NCBI RefSeq assembly: GCF_964194155.1
Contig: NC_135879.1
Span: 24,986,001 to 25,050,000, forward strand
Direction: 5' to 3'
Length of the DNA: 64,000 bases
DNA from: Cetorhinus maximus
Taxonomy: Eukaryota
Shown here: one piece after another, positions 11,364 to 22,861 of the stretch
How positions within the stretch are numbered: position 1 is the stretch's first letter
Layout of the letters: each line of letters starts with the position of its first letter
The notes under the pieces: generated by a model
Told to the model about the DNA's origin: nothing
Database searches by the model: none
The model's input: only the letters and a program-made list of their open reading frames with translations
Program-made: the position numbers and the translations under genes

Positions 11364-14300
11364 GTTTTTTCTTATTCATTCATGGTATGTGCATGGTGCT
11401 GGCTAGGCCAGCATTTATTGCCCATTCCTAATTGCCCTTGAGAAGGTGGTGGTGAGCTGCCTTCTTCAACCGCTGCAGTGCCTGTGGTGTAGGTACACCC
11501 ACAATGCTGTTAGAGAGGGAGTTCCAGGATCTTGATCCAGCGACAGTGAAGGATCAGCGATATATTTCCAAGTCAGGATGGTGAATAGCTTGGAGGGGTG
11601 GTGGTGTTCCCATGTGTCTGCTGCCCTTGTCTTTCGAGATGGTAGTGGTCTTAGGTTTGGAAGGTGTTGTCTAAAGAACTTTGGTGAGTTCCTGCAGTGA
11701 GTGCATCCTGTAGATGGTACACACTGCTGCCACTGTGCATTGGTGGTGGAGGAAGTGAATGTTTGTGGATGGGGCGCCAATCAAACAGGCTGCTTTGTCC
11801 TGGATGGTATGAAGCTTCTTGAGTGTTGTTGGAGCTGCACTCATCCAGGCAAGTGGAAAGTATTCAATCACACTCCTGACTTGTGCCTGGTAGATGGTGG
11901 ACAGGCTTTGGGGAGTCAGAAGGTGAGTTATTCACCGCAGAATTCCTAGCCTCTGACCTGCTCTTATAGCACCATATTTATATGGCTAGTCCAGTTCAAT
12001 TTCTGGTCAGTAGTAACCCCCAGGATGTTGATAGTGGGGGATTCAGTGATGATAATGCCATTGAATGTCAAGGGGCGATGAGTAGATTCTCTCTTGTTGG
12101 AGACGATCATTGCCTGGCACTTGTGTGGTGTGAATGTTACTTGCCACTTGTTAGCCCAAGCCTGGATATTGTCCAGGTCTTGCTACATTTGGACATGGAT
12201 TGCTTCAGTATCTGAATGCTGTTGAACATTGTGCGATCATCAGCAAACATCCCCACTTCTGACCTCATGATGGAAGGAAGGTCATTGATGAAGCAGCTGA
12301 AGATGGTTGGCCCTAGGTCACTACCCTGAGGAACTCCTGCAGTGATGTCCTGGAGCTGAGATGATTGAACTCCAAAAACCACAACCATCTTCCTTTCGGC
12401 TAGGTATGACTCTAACCAGTGGAGAGTTTGCCCCTGATTCCCATTGACTCCAGTTTTGCTAGGGCTCCTTGATGTCACACTCGGTCAACTGCTGCCTTGG
12501 TGTCAAGGCCAGTCATTCTCACCTCACCTCTGGAGTTCAGCTCTTCTGTCCATGTTTGAACCAAGGCTGTAATGAGGTTGGGAGCTGAGTGGACCTGGGG
12601 GAACCCAAACTGAGCGTCAGTGAGCAGGTTATTGCTAAGCAAGTGCTGCTTGATAGCACTGTTGATGACCCCTTCCAACATTTTGCTGATGATGGAGAGT
12701 AGACTGATGGGGCGGTAATTGTCCGGGTTGGATTTATCCTGCATTTTGTGTACAGGACATACCTGGGCAATTTTCCACATTGCCGGGTGGATGCCAGTGT
12801 TGTAGCTGTACTGGAGCAGTTTGGCTAGGGGCTCGGCAAGTTCTGGAACAAAGGTTTTCTGTACTATTGCTGGAATATTGTCAGGGCCCATCACCTTTGT
12901 AGTATCCAGTGCCTTCAGCTGTTTCTTGCTATCACGTGGAGTGGATCTAATTAGCTGAACACTGGCATCTATGATGCTGGGGACCTCCAGAAGAGGCAGA
13001 GTTGGATCATCCACTCGGCACTCCTGGCAGAAGATTGTTGCAAATGCACTGATGTGCTGGGCTCCTGCATCATTGAGGATAGGGATATTTGTGGAGATTC
13101 CTGCTCCAGTGAGCTGTTTAATTGTCCACCCACATTCACAATTGGATTTGATAGGGCTGCAGAGCTTAGATTTAATCCATTGGTTATAGAATCGTTTAGC
13201 TCTGTCTGTCACTTGCTGCTTATACTGTTTGGCACACAAGTAGTCCTGTGTTATAGCTTCACCAGGCTGACACCTCATTTGTAGGTATGCCTGGTGCTGC
13301 TCCTGGCATGCCTTCCTGCACTCTTTAATGAACCATGGCTGATCCTCTGGCTTGGTGGTAATGATAGAGTGAGGATATGCTGTGCAATGAGGTTACATAG
13401 TGTCCTTGAGTACAATTCTGCAGCTGCTGATGGCCCACAGTACCTCATGGTTGCCCAGTCTTGAGTTGCTAGATCTGTTTGAAATCTATCCCATTTAGCA
13501 CGGTGGTAGTGAAACACAAAACAATGGAGGGTATCCTCAATATGAAGACCAGACTGCGTCTCCACAAGGACTATGCAGTGGTCATTCCTACTAATACTGT
13601 CATGGATAGATGCATCTGCAACAGGCAGGTTGGTGAGGATGAGGTCAAGTGTGTTTTTCCCTCTTGTTGGTTCACTCACCACCTTCCACAGACCCAGTCT
13701 AGCAGCTATGTCCTTTAAGACTTTGCCAGCTCAGTCTGTAGTGGTGCTACCAAGCCACTCTTGGTGATGGACATTGAAGTCCCCCACCCAGGGTATATTC
13801 TCAGTGCTTCCTCCATGTGGTGTTCAATCTGGAGGAGCACTGATTCATCAGCGGAGCAGTGGGGTGGGGAGGCAGTACATGGTAACCAGCAGGAGGTTTC
13901 CTTGCCCATGTTTGACCTGATGCAATAAGACTTCATGGGGTCTGAAGTTAATGCATTGAGGACTCCCAGGGCAACTCCCTCCTGACTGTATACCACTGTA
14001 CCACCACCTCTGCTGGGTCTGCCTGCCATTGGGACAGGGTGGTTGGTAACATTGGTATTTGGGACATTATTTTAAGGTATGATTCCGTAAGTATAACCAT
14101 GTCAGGTCACTGCTTGACTAGTCTGTGGGACAGCTCTCTCCATTTTGGCACTAGCCCCTTGATGTTAGTAAGGAGAACTTTGCAGAGTCGACAGTAATTT
14201 CCAGTGCCTAGGTCGATGCCAGGTGGTCTATCCAGTTTCATTCTTCATTGACTTGTTTTTAACAGTTTGACACAACTGAGTGGGCCATTTCAGAAGACAT

Positions 14301-14565
14301 GTACAAGTCAACCACATCCCTGTGGGTCTGTAGTCAATTGTAGGCCAGACCAGGTAAGGACAGCAGATTTCCCTCCTAAAGGGCTTAAGTGAACCAGGTG
14401 GGTTTTTATGAGAATCGACATGGCTATGATCAGACTTCCAATTCCAGATATTTTATGGAATTTAAATTCCACCATCTGCCCTGTGTGAGATTCAAACCCT
14501 GGTCTCCCAGAGCATTACCCTGGGATTACTAGTCTATCAATAAAACCACTAAACCACCACCTCCC
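11364..14565 (-). mobile_element. Near-full-length single-ORF LINE (APE+RT; CR1 group, Zenon-like) with a tRNA-like 5' head; degenerate
   Basis: APE start LLTNIKGL...DMVILTESYL at ~14170, then RGGGTVVY, EPTRGKNTLDLILTN, NYRPISLLSIISK, QFGF, GVPQGSDLGPTIF, MFADD and HH.CTVAAVCTIY. 3' tail catgaatgaataag-A-rich. Multiple frameshifts and stops. Confidence 0.88.
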
Positions 14566-15549
14566 ACCAAAGGCTTTTGGACAACCCAAGACAAAAACAG
14601 CTGCATTTTTGAAGCCAATTGAATGGACATGGTGGTGATAAATGGTTTTAAGAAATGACTAGCAAACTGGAACACCTAATAATAAAAAAAACCTACGTGA
14701 TTGAAATAAGACTGAGGTACAGTCGTGTTGGACCTGCAATTAATTTAAAATCATTTTGTTAAATATAAACTGTGTGAGTGCTTTACAAAATGTACAATTT
14801 CAAGAGTCTCCAAAACAAAAGAAACTCATTTTAATACTTAAATTAATTAACTTCACAGAAGAAAACATTTGCAAAATTAGAGGTCTCACAGATCTAACAG
14901 GAATATGGAACTGAAGGCTCATTAGTAAGAGACAGAGCTGAATACGTAGGGGAGTACAAACATATATGATGCACCAGTAGAAACCAAAAAATAAATGCAG
15001 GTTTTCAAAAATACAACCACACATCACCCTTCAACATGTTAAACACTGCACACAAACATTTAAATGGCACAGTTGTATGCAAATTATAAAGATATAAGAG
15101 AAAATATGTTGTTCTTTAAATGGCAAATGGCAAGCATATAAATAGGCTCTAAGCAATTATATTACTGGAAAAACTAAGGTACACCTGTTTTGTTTGCTGA
15201 CCAAATAATATGATATGACAATGCAATCTTTATCAAAACACGTCAATGCATTTTTTGCATGTGATGTTTCCTGATGAAAGAATTGCCCAACTCCGACCTA
15301 TGCTAATGACAGTAGAATAAATTCTTATTTGACTTTTTTCTTCATTCCTCATTATATGTGCCCATGGGACACAAAACTATGCACCAGGAGCACTGAAGAT
15401 GAAAATCTATCTCAGTGCTTTCTTTAAAGTGTGATTACATAGTATAATGTGCATGCTTGAAAGACAGTTATGACTAAGGCTCTACTGCAACAGGAAATAT
15501 GCAAGATAACTGAAGCCAAACTTGGCATCAATATAGGTATGAAAAAAAA

Positions 15550-15970
15550 GACTGACATTTGTATAGAGCCTTTCACAACCACAGAACATACCAAGGTGCT
15601 TCACAGTCAATGAAGTACTTTTGAAGAGCCGTCACTGTCTTATTGTAGGAAACATAGCAGCCAATTTGCACACAGCAAGCTCCCACAAGCAGCAATATGA
15701 TAACGACCAAATAATGTCTTTCCATGATTGAGAGCTAAATATTGACCAGGACTCCAGGAATAACTCCTTTACACTTCTTCAAAATAGATCAATGAGAAGC
15801 TTTACAGCCACCACCTCAGTTTAACATCTCATCAGAAAGACAACACCTTCGGTAGTGTAGTACTCCAACAGAGTACAAGCCTTGACTTTTACACTCAAGC
15901 CTTGGAGCTGATTTTAAACCACAATCTTCTGAGCCATAGGTGAGAGCATTACCAACTGAGCCACAGCTGA
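15550..15970 (-). mobile_element. DeuSINE-family SINE (SacSINE1/AmnSINE1-like)
   Basis: Minus strand: tRNA-like head gtggctcagttggtaatgctc, Deu-domain-like ctttctgatgagatgttaaactgagg...cctggtcaatattt...gtgggagcttgctgtgtgcaaattggctgc, and an L2-like tail. Confidence 0.75.
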
Positions 15971-17018
15971 CCTGAGCATCAGATTACCTCCATGATGAAG
16001 TTTCACACCACTCCAGCTTCATCTCAAATATAATATATTTGCAACCGTTATAAAGTGAACTTTCTAAGCTTTCATTTTAAGGGTAAAATGTTTCCCTGCT
16101 AGTTGACTGAACTGTCTTTCAATTCTGTCTTTTTATTTCAGATTATTTCTCTCTTTCCTGATGGCATTGATTCCTTGATAACTATGGTTCATCAATGTGA
16201 TGTGAGCACCCTGTGATACCTTGCCAAAGTAGTCATTATTTCTATCCTAATCGGCAATATCATCTGGGTATTAGACCATGAAATGCAGCAACCCTAAACA
16301 GCTCTGCACTCTGTCAGGAATTGCTGGAAAGTGAATCAGAATGGAAATCCTGATTTATTTCTCTTAGAGCTGTTAAGACAAATGTTGGACCTCACTGGCT
16401 GCTCAACTGAGATCTGCTCTATCTGCTTCTGATCAGACCAGGCACTGAATCTGGGACATAACTTGCTCATACAGTTCAGCCACATACTGCCTTTGAAACG
16501 GAGAGAGTCCAAATTTCATTTTGTAATGTCAACAAACAGCCAAGGGGTCCTTCAGCTCATTATAATCTTTAACAATTTCACTAGCATTTTCTCACCAATC
16601 AGCAGGTTGTTTAAGTATACACTGCTTGAGCCTGATTTCAAAATGGTGCAGCACTGGTCGTAAAACATTGCTTCCAGTTTTCACCAAAGTGGAGCAAATT
16701 CTAAGTGAAACTGTAGGACACCTGTAACAAGCAACTTATTCATGGAATGGTCAATCACAATTAATGCTTGTAAAATTCATGATAAAAATTATTGACTTGC
16801 CCATCTTGAGTTAAAAGTGGAATTTCTCATTCTTACAACAGCTGAGAAAATGTTTTGTGCACTTGTATTAATTTCTTCCTGACTGCATAAACAAAAATAA
16901 ATTATGAAGAAAACCACTATAGCTGCAGTACAACTCCAGAGCAATGGTTTGATCTAACCCTGAGGCACAGCACTCCATGAGGAGGCAGTCTCACTTCGCT
17001 CAGATTTGACAACACATA

Positions 17019-17787
17019 GGGCAGCATATTACAGAGGTGCGGACAGCCCCAAACACACGCGCACACACACCCCACCCCACCAGAAGCAAAGTTGGCGTGG
17101 AGCCGACTAACAGGATGCCAGCCCACCCTGCAGCCATAACGCGCTGCAGGCAGGCTAAATAGGCAGCCAGTTGGATTTCCACCCCTCACTGGGGAGGAAG
17201 TCCTGCCCTCGGGACCTGCTGGTCAATTGGATTGGCCGGCAGTACCAGCAGACCCAGCAGTGCCAAGAGCACATTAATGGGTGCTGCTGGGACTGCCAGC
17301 AAGCCTAAGGAAAAGGCTCTTGGATTCCAGAGCAAATCCAGGGTCTTGTGGGGGGTTGGGGAGTGGTGTGTTTTATAGAGCAAGCAGTTAGGAAGAAAAG
17401 GAGGGCACTATCTTAAGGGGTTGCCCCGATTCACAAAGGGCACCCCCGGAAAGAGTACCCCTCCCTCCTCCCTGCCCTTTTAAGAAGTTTTTTTGTGAAA
17501 TAACAGCCCACCTACTCCCACCCGACTGCCCACACCAACCATGTTATGGCATGGGCAACATATTATCGGGGTCTATTGGCTTGTTAACAAGCTCAGTTGA
17601 CCCATGATTATTTATTTCAGTATGGCGGACAGGCTGCCGATTTCAACACCCACCCGCTGCCCCCACCCCCACCCCCAACCCCATATTATGGGGATGGGTG
17701 GGCAGGTGGTGGGATTTTCGCCAGCCCTATTTTAGATACCTGCGCCTGCCAAAAACACGCCTGCTGGGGGGAGGTAAAATCCAGCCC
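17019..17787 (+). mobile_element. Harbinger-type MITE family A, complete
   Basis: Termini GGGCAGCATATT / AAAATCCAGCCC; ATA target-site duplication on both sides. Confidence 0.82.
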
Positions 17788-18170
17788 ATACAGTACAGTT
17801 CCAATGCTACATCAAATCTGGTTTGAAAAGTGCCCAATGACCCTTTGCATTTCCTGAGTATGCTCCAGTGTGGACACTTCTATTCTCATTTTCAACACAC
17901 TTATCAAATTTGGCATCAGATCAACTGCAGAAACCGAGGCGGATTCAAATACCTGGTTCAACCTGATAATCAACCTTGTACGACACTTCATTAACAATGT
18001 TAACTTACTTTTTGTTTAAACTTACAGTGTTAGCATAGCCAGACTACTCAATATATTTTGATAGATAATATTATTAAAGATCACTTCAATTTCCCTGCAG
18101 GAAATTATTTTTCATCTAGAGCACAAGGAAAATTTATAATCAACAAATTTTTGAGTTGATAAATACTCAC

Positions 18171-18470
18171 TTAAATATGGCGGCTTGTAAGGCGCACGTG
18201 TGTTGGGCAGAAGTGCATCATATTCTTTCTTTTCCAAATTAGATGGATGTGATTTTTCTTTTCCAAATGTAGAGAAGGATTTCTCCCCAGTCTGCTCTGG
18301 AGCTTCATAGACCTCGGTGTCAGGCACAGAGTCCATGCCGGGGACATGCAGATTGCTGCGGTAATCAGGACCTTGGCGGCCATCTGTGGGTACAAAGGTG
18401 GGCATCCAACAACGATCCGAGTGTCCCAGTGCTTTACACTCTTCTGTGCAATTGGAAAAGAGGTCAGCAC
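18171..18470 (-). CDS. PCDH10: PCDH10 exon 4 (300 nt, CM2 and WIRS motifs)
   Basis: Acceptor tttatttttgtag. Translates (G)ADLFSNCTEECKALGHSDRCWMP...KSFSTFGKEK...RAPYKPPYL. Donor A|GTGAGT; phase 1 to 1, compatible with exon 3 across a ~23 kb intron. Confidence 0.95.
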   Translation of the reverse strand: MLTSFPIAQKSVKHWDTRIVVGCPPLYPQMAAKVLITAAICMSPAWTLCLTPRSMKLQSRLGRNPSLHLEKKNHIHLIWKRKNMMHFCPTHVRLTSRHI

Positions 18471-19840
18471 CTACAAAAATAAACCAAAATAAACAGCATT
18501 CAATTATGATATTAGGAATGTTAACCTTCTTCTGAGGGGTGCAGGATACCATTTCTATATTAGTTGAGAAGGTTCTGACAGGTCTTAGGATGCCTGCCAC
18601 TAGAGCCTCCAATATATTTGCTCTGACTCAGCACACTCATCCGGTACAAATTTACACAATTTATCTTTAATTCTGTTCTGTACATAGATAAACACCAAAC
18701 AGTAAGGGCCCACAAAGTGATTTTCCCTTCAGGTCTCACCCCATGGTATGATGAACAAAGATCGTCCAGATACAGCACTACACTCAGAACTGCAGGGCCA
18801 AGGACATTTTAAAATTCAAATGAGCCTTTCCTCTGGTTAACAGCACTTATAGATTTTCCTATTGTAAATTTAAACATGCACTTTTTAAAGGGTATGTCTA
18901 CCCTGCTTGATGATGCAGACAAGTAGAAAGGTCATGTTTGTGTCCTGCTCAATTGTGATGCTGTTGGAAGAAGGCTCTCACTCTGCTTCTCACTTATGCA
19001 TAAAAACTGATTTACAGTTATGTCCAGAGTGACTATGATTGTTGATACTGCAGGCACCACTTGTAATACACAGACAGTGGTACAGTTCTAATTACAGATA
19101 AGGACTCCATGTTAATATAGCTTTAAGATATATAAGGCACTAATGAACTGATGTCATGCACCAGTGAAAATGCTTCGTTAGCTTATCTGTTACAAGAGAA
19201 GCCACAAGGACTGGTGTGCTACAGCTTCCAAAGTCACTTTAGACAGTGGCTTACTGCATTATGCTTGTGTGTTATACAGAGTTAGAATTTATTTTTTTGA
19301 AATTTGTAAATGATTTAATGTTTACCGGGTGATTATTGTCAGTTGTAGGAATATTTTCACTTTAAACATTGAGTGCACTACTTCTATTCTACCTCAACAA
19401 TGTAGCTAAACTCCTTTTTCAAAAGAGTACCAATATGATATTGTTATTATTAAGCAAGTTGCATCTCTACATCCTTGTGCCCTCTCTCACCGTGGAAATG
19501 AGTACAGGAGCTTGACCATTTCTCAAGCATGTTGTGAGCTTGTGGGGGCTGAAACTTCACTTTTCCTGGGTGCCAAAACAGAAGTCGTGGACTGGCTGCC
19601 CATTATACAGTGCCCCCAAATTCCGTTTCTATTTCGGTATGTTGTGGGCAGCCAATCCCCTATTGCTAGCTTTGTGCCAAAGCCGAGGTTGAATTTCACC
19701 CATGTGGCCTCACAACTTATAATGTTGTCTCGATTGCCATGTTAGCTCCTCACAATGTACAGGCACCAACACTAAATGAATCTGTGATTAAGTTGCCATT
19801 TTCTCCCGAAGTTCAACATATGTGGATTTTTAAAAGTCTT

Positions 19841-20066
19841 TCATGGGATGTAGCCGTCACTGCCAAGGCCAGCACTGGTTGCCCATCCCTAATTGTCCTT
19901 GAACTGGGTAGCTTACTCAGCCATTTCAGAGGGCCGTTAAGAGCCAACCGCATTGCTGTGGGACTGCAGTCACATGTAGGCCAGACCAGGTAAGCATGGC
20001 AGCTTTCCTTCCCGAAAGGGCATTAGTGAGCCAGGTGGGTTTTTACAACAATTAACATTGGTTTCA
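19841..20066 (-). mobile_element. SINE-like deletion derivative of the 11.4-14.6 kb LINE family (head lost at the MITE junction)
   Basis: 19841-19902 matches the LINE 3' UTR (11380-11440). It is joined directly to 19903-20050, which matches the LINE 5' region (14275-14415). Confidence 0.75.
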
Positions 20067-20068
20067 TG

Positions 20069-20790
20069 GGGCTGAATATTCACCTCAGTGTGTGGGTGCG
20101 CTCCCAATATGCATGAGTCTGAAATAGCGCGCGATGACATTAAGCGAGCGTCCCAACGTCATCACACACTCGCGCAATATTTCGGTTGGCGGGCACATGC
20201 AAGAGGTGGCAGCATGCCCGCTGACAATTAAGAGGCCTATTAAGGCCCTTACTCAATTAATTAAATTGAAACTTTCGCTGCCCGTCCGACTGTTCGGCTG
20301 GCGGGCGGGCGAAAAGGCCAAGCAGCCTTTACATTTTTAACGAAACCTCATCCACGGGCGGGACGAGGTTTCGGACAGTAAATAAGAAACCAAAAAAGGT
20401 TTTTAGGACTCATTTATAACATGTCCCTGCTCATGCGACAGAGTCACATGAGGGGAGATGTTTTCCTTATTTTTGAAATCTTTCCTTTGAATGTTAAAAT
20501 TCTTCAGCTCCCAGAGGCAGCTCTATGCCTTCAGGGAGCTTTCACTGCATGCTCCCCTGCGCATGCGCACACTTCGGTGCTTGCCCTCCTCCCCACACCA
20601 CTCCCCCTCCCCCACCCACCCCCAACCTTGGCAGCACTGAGTGTTTCAGCACACGATTCACTCTAGCTGCCCGTTAATTGGCTAGCCAGCATGAAATCGC
20701 AGTCGGGGCCCAATCTTGGGTAGTGGTCGGTTTTGCAGCCATTCCTGGGCCCACCCACCGCGCCCGCCCGACGAGGGGAAGATCCTCCCC
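20069..20790 (+). mobile_element. Harbinger-type MITE (family B-related)
   Basis: Termini GGGCTGAATATT / AAGATCCTCCCC; shares the internal hairpins gaaacctcatcc..ggacgaggtttc and catgtccc..gtcacatgagggg. Confidence 0.82.
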
Positions 20791-21439
20791 TATGTTATTT
20801 CCCCAGTAACCTGAAACTTCTATTAGAAACCATTCAGAAAACTTTATTTATGTGAGCAACAAGGTTATAGCAGACATGAAGATCATGTCGTAATTTAGGT
20901 TGTCGAATCCAAGAAAATCAAGGGATGCAGAAGAAATCTGTGGCACGGTTTTGAAGAAGCATGCAATGACAGCTCTGCACTTTTCAAAAACAATGAGCTT
21001 TCTTCCTGAAATCTTTAACAGTTTGCATATTTTTTTCTCCAATTGAACAGCAATGCACATTTTTATTGAACAAAAATTATGCCAAAGCGCTCTTTCGATC
21101 AATACTGGTAAGATCAAATCTCACTTACTGCACAGTGTAAACCACTAATATCCAGTCCATGAAGTCAAAACTCATCAGATTATTGTGAAAATTTAGGCAA
21201 TTTTCATTTTAAGATTGAAGTGCCACAATACTCAACAACAGTGTGGCTTCAGGTCAAATTTTGACAGTCTTAAACAACTTAAATGTAAATAGGACCTTAA
21301 ATCCAGGTAAACATCTCTTGCTGTTTCACAGAGGTGTGAAGAAGAAAAGGTAAATATCAAAATGAGTTATAGTTTCTAAGCTCTATAGTGACTCAGTTGA
21401 GAAAAACAACAAGGAGCTGTGGCATAGAAACTGAAATAT

Positions 21440-22090
21440 TACCGCTTCAAATGCTAAATTAGTTCACCTGAGCCAATATAGCAGTATTACAGATGACCTC
21501 TACACCCATTCTCCACAAAGCAGGAAAATCAGCTAGAGTTTCCACTTTTGTTTACTATTCAATGATCCCTCCTGGAAAATGTGTGTGTGTATGATGACAT
21601 TGGTGAAGTCAGGATTGAGCTTAACTTCATAGTCAAATAGACTACCAACAATGTCTAGGTTCATAACTGAAGAACAACCACTTGAGTGAAGTGCCAGAGC
21701 TTAACCCAAATTAACCTTGGGCATTCTCCAATGTCTAATGGGAGTTATCACCAAAGTTTGTTCCCTCTCCATTGTTTCTCCATCGTGCATGAGAATGGTA
21801 ATTCTTCTTGGGATATTATCTCCCAGGTACTGGCAATTCTCTAGCAACTAGCCCAACTGAACATTCCCCTATGCCAATTCCTCCTCTCCTTTCCCGAGAT
21901 GGTTACTCATGATGAAGTGTGGTTCAATAGGTTCCAGCAGCCCTCCTTTCCCTCACACAAGTGCTCATTCTCTATGAAAAATGAATATTGCATTCTATTC
22001 AACTCTGAGGCATCAGTCCTGTCCTCATCCAATGTTCACATATGTGCATGTCCCAGCAGGGGTCACTGGATATTGATCAGAAATGAAAAC
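21440..22090. repeat. Two opposed fragments of an old interspersed SINE-like repeat (also at ~16180-16500, ~22865-22950, ~30010-30310, ~59290-59500)
   Basis: Shared core resembling aaatcagctag..tgaccc.ctgctgg..gtgtg..gacattgg.tgaggacagga, on + at 21525-21700 and on - at 21950-22090. Confidence 0.5.
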
Positions 22091-22093
22091 CAT

Positions 22094-22861
22094 GGCCAGA
22101 ATTCTTAGGTCGGCAGGCTGGTGTGATCAGCAGGTCCGGGATAGGCCGGGGAACAGACTGCCGACCGCAATCGGCCCTCGACCGCGATTTCACGCTGGCT
22201 GGCCAATTAACGGCCAGCCAGCATGAAGCGTGCGCTGAGAGCTCAGCGCTGCTGGAGTGGGGGGTGGGAGGAGGGCGGTCGCTGACGTCAATGCAGGAAG
22301 GGGCCAGCGATGGAGAGAGAACAAACTTTGGTGATAACTCCCATTAGACATTGGAGGACGCCCAAGGTTAATCTGGGTTAAGCTCTGGCACTTCACTAAC
22401 AGAAAGCTCCCTGAAGGCAAAGAGTTGCCTCAGGGAGCTGAAGACCTGAAAAATCAAAAATAAAGGTTTCAGAAGTTGAAAGAAAGTGCCCATGCATCAT
22501 AATAAATCACCTGAAAATTTAGCTACTGAAAATGCTGTCCACAGAAATTTATTTATATTTTATTTAATCACAGAAACCCCATCCCGCCCGTGAATGAGGT
22601 TTGATGAAAAATGTTAAGACCGCCTGGCCAATTCGCCCGTAAGCCAACTGTAAGGTTGGATGGGCAACAAAAAATTGCAGATAATTGCGCCATTAATAGG
22701 CCTAATTGCCTTCTTAATTGTTGGCGGGCGCACTTCTGACTTTTGTGCGCGCCCACCGATCGAAATATTATGCTAGTGCAGGATGGCAACAGGATGCTCG
22801 CCCGATGTCACCTCACGCAATTTCACACTGGATCGGGTCGGCCAAGCTAAAAATTCAGCCC
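22094..22861 (-). mobile_element. Harbinger-type MITE (family B-related) with a 90-bp insertion
   Basis: Termini GGCCAGAATTCT / AAAATTCAGCCC; flanks CAT/CTT; colinear with 34048-34708. Confidence 0.82.

Noticed and set aside
14480-14565. tRNA gene
   Set aside because: Only A/B-box-like motifs at a retroelement 5' end; no intact cloverleaf.
1-18170. PCDH10 last exon (expected to encode a short TRKRIC-like tail)
   Set aside because: No convincing match found by eye; probably left of the window, though a diverged copy could have been missed.
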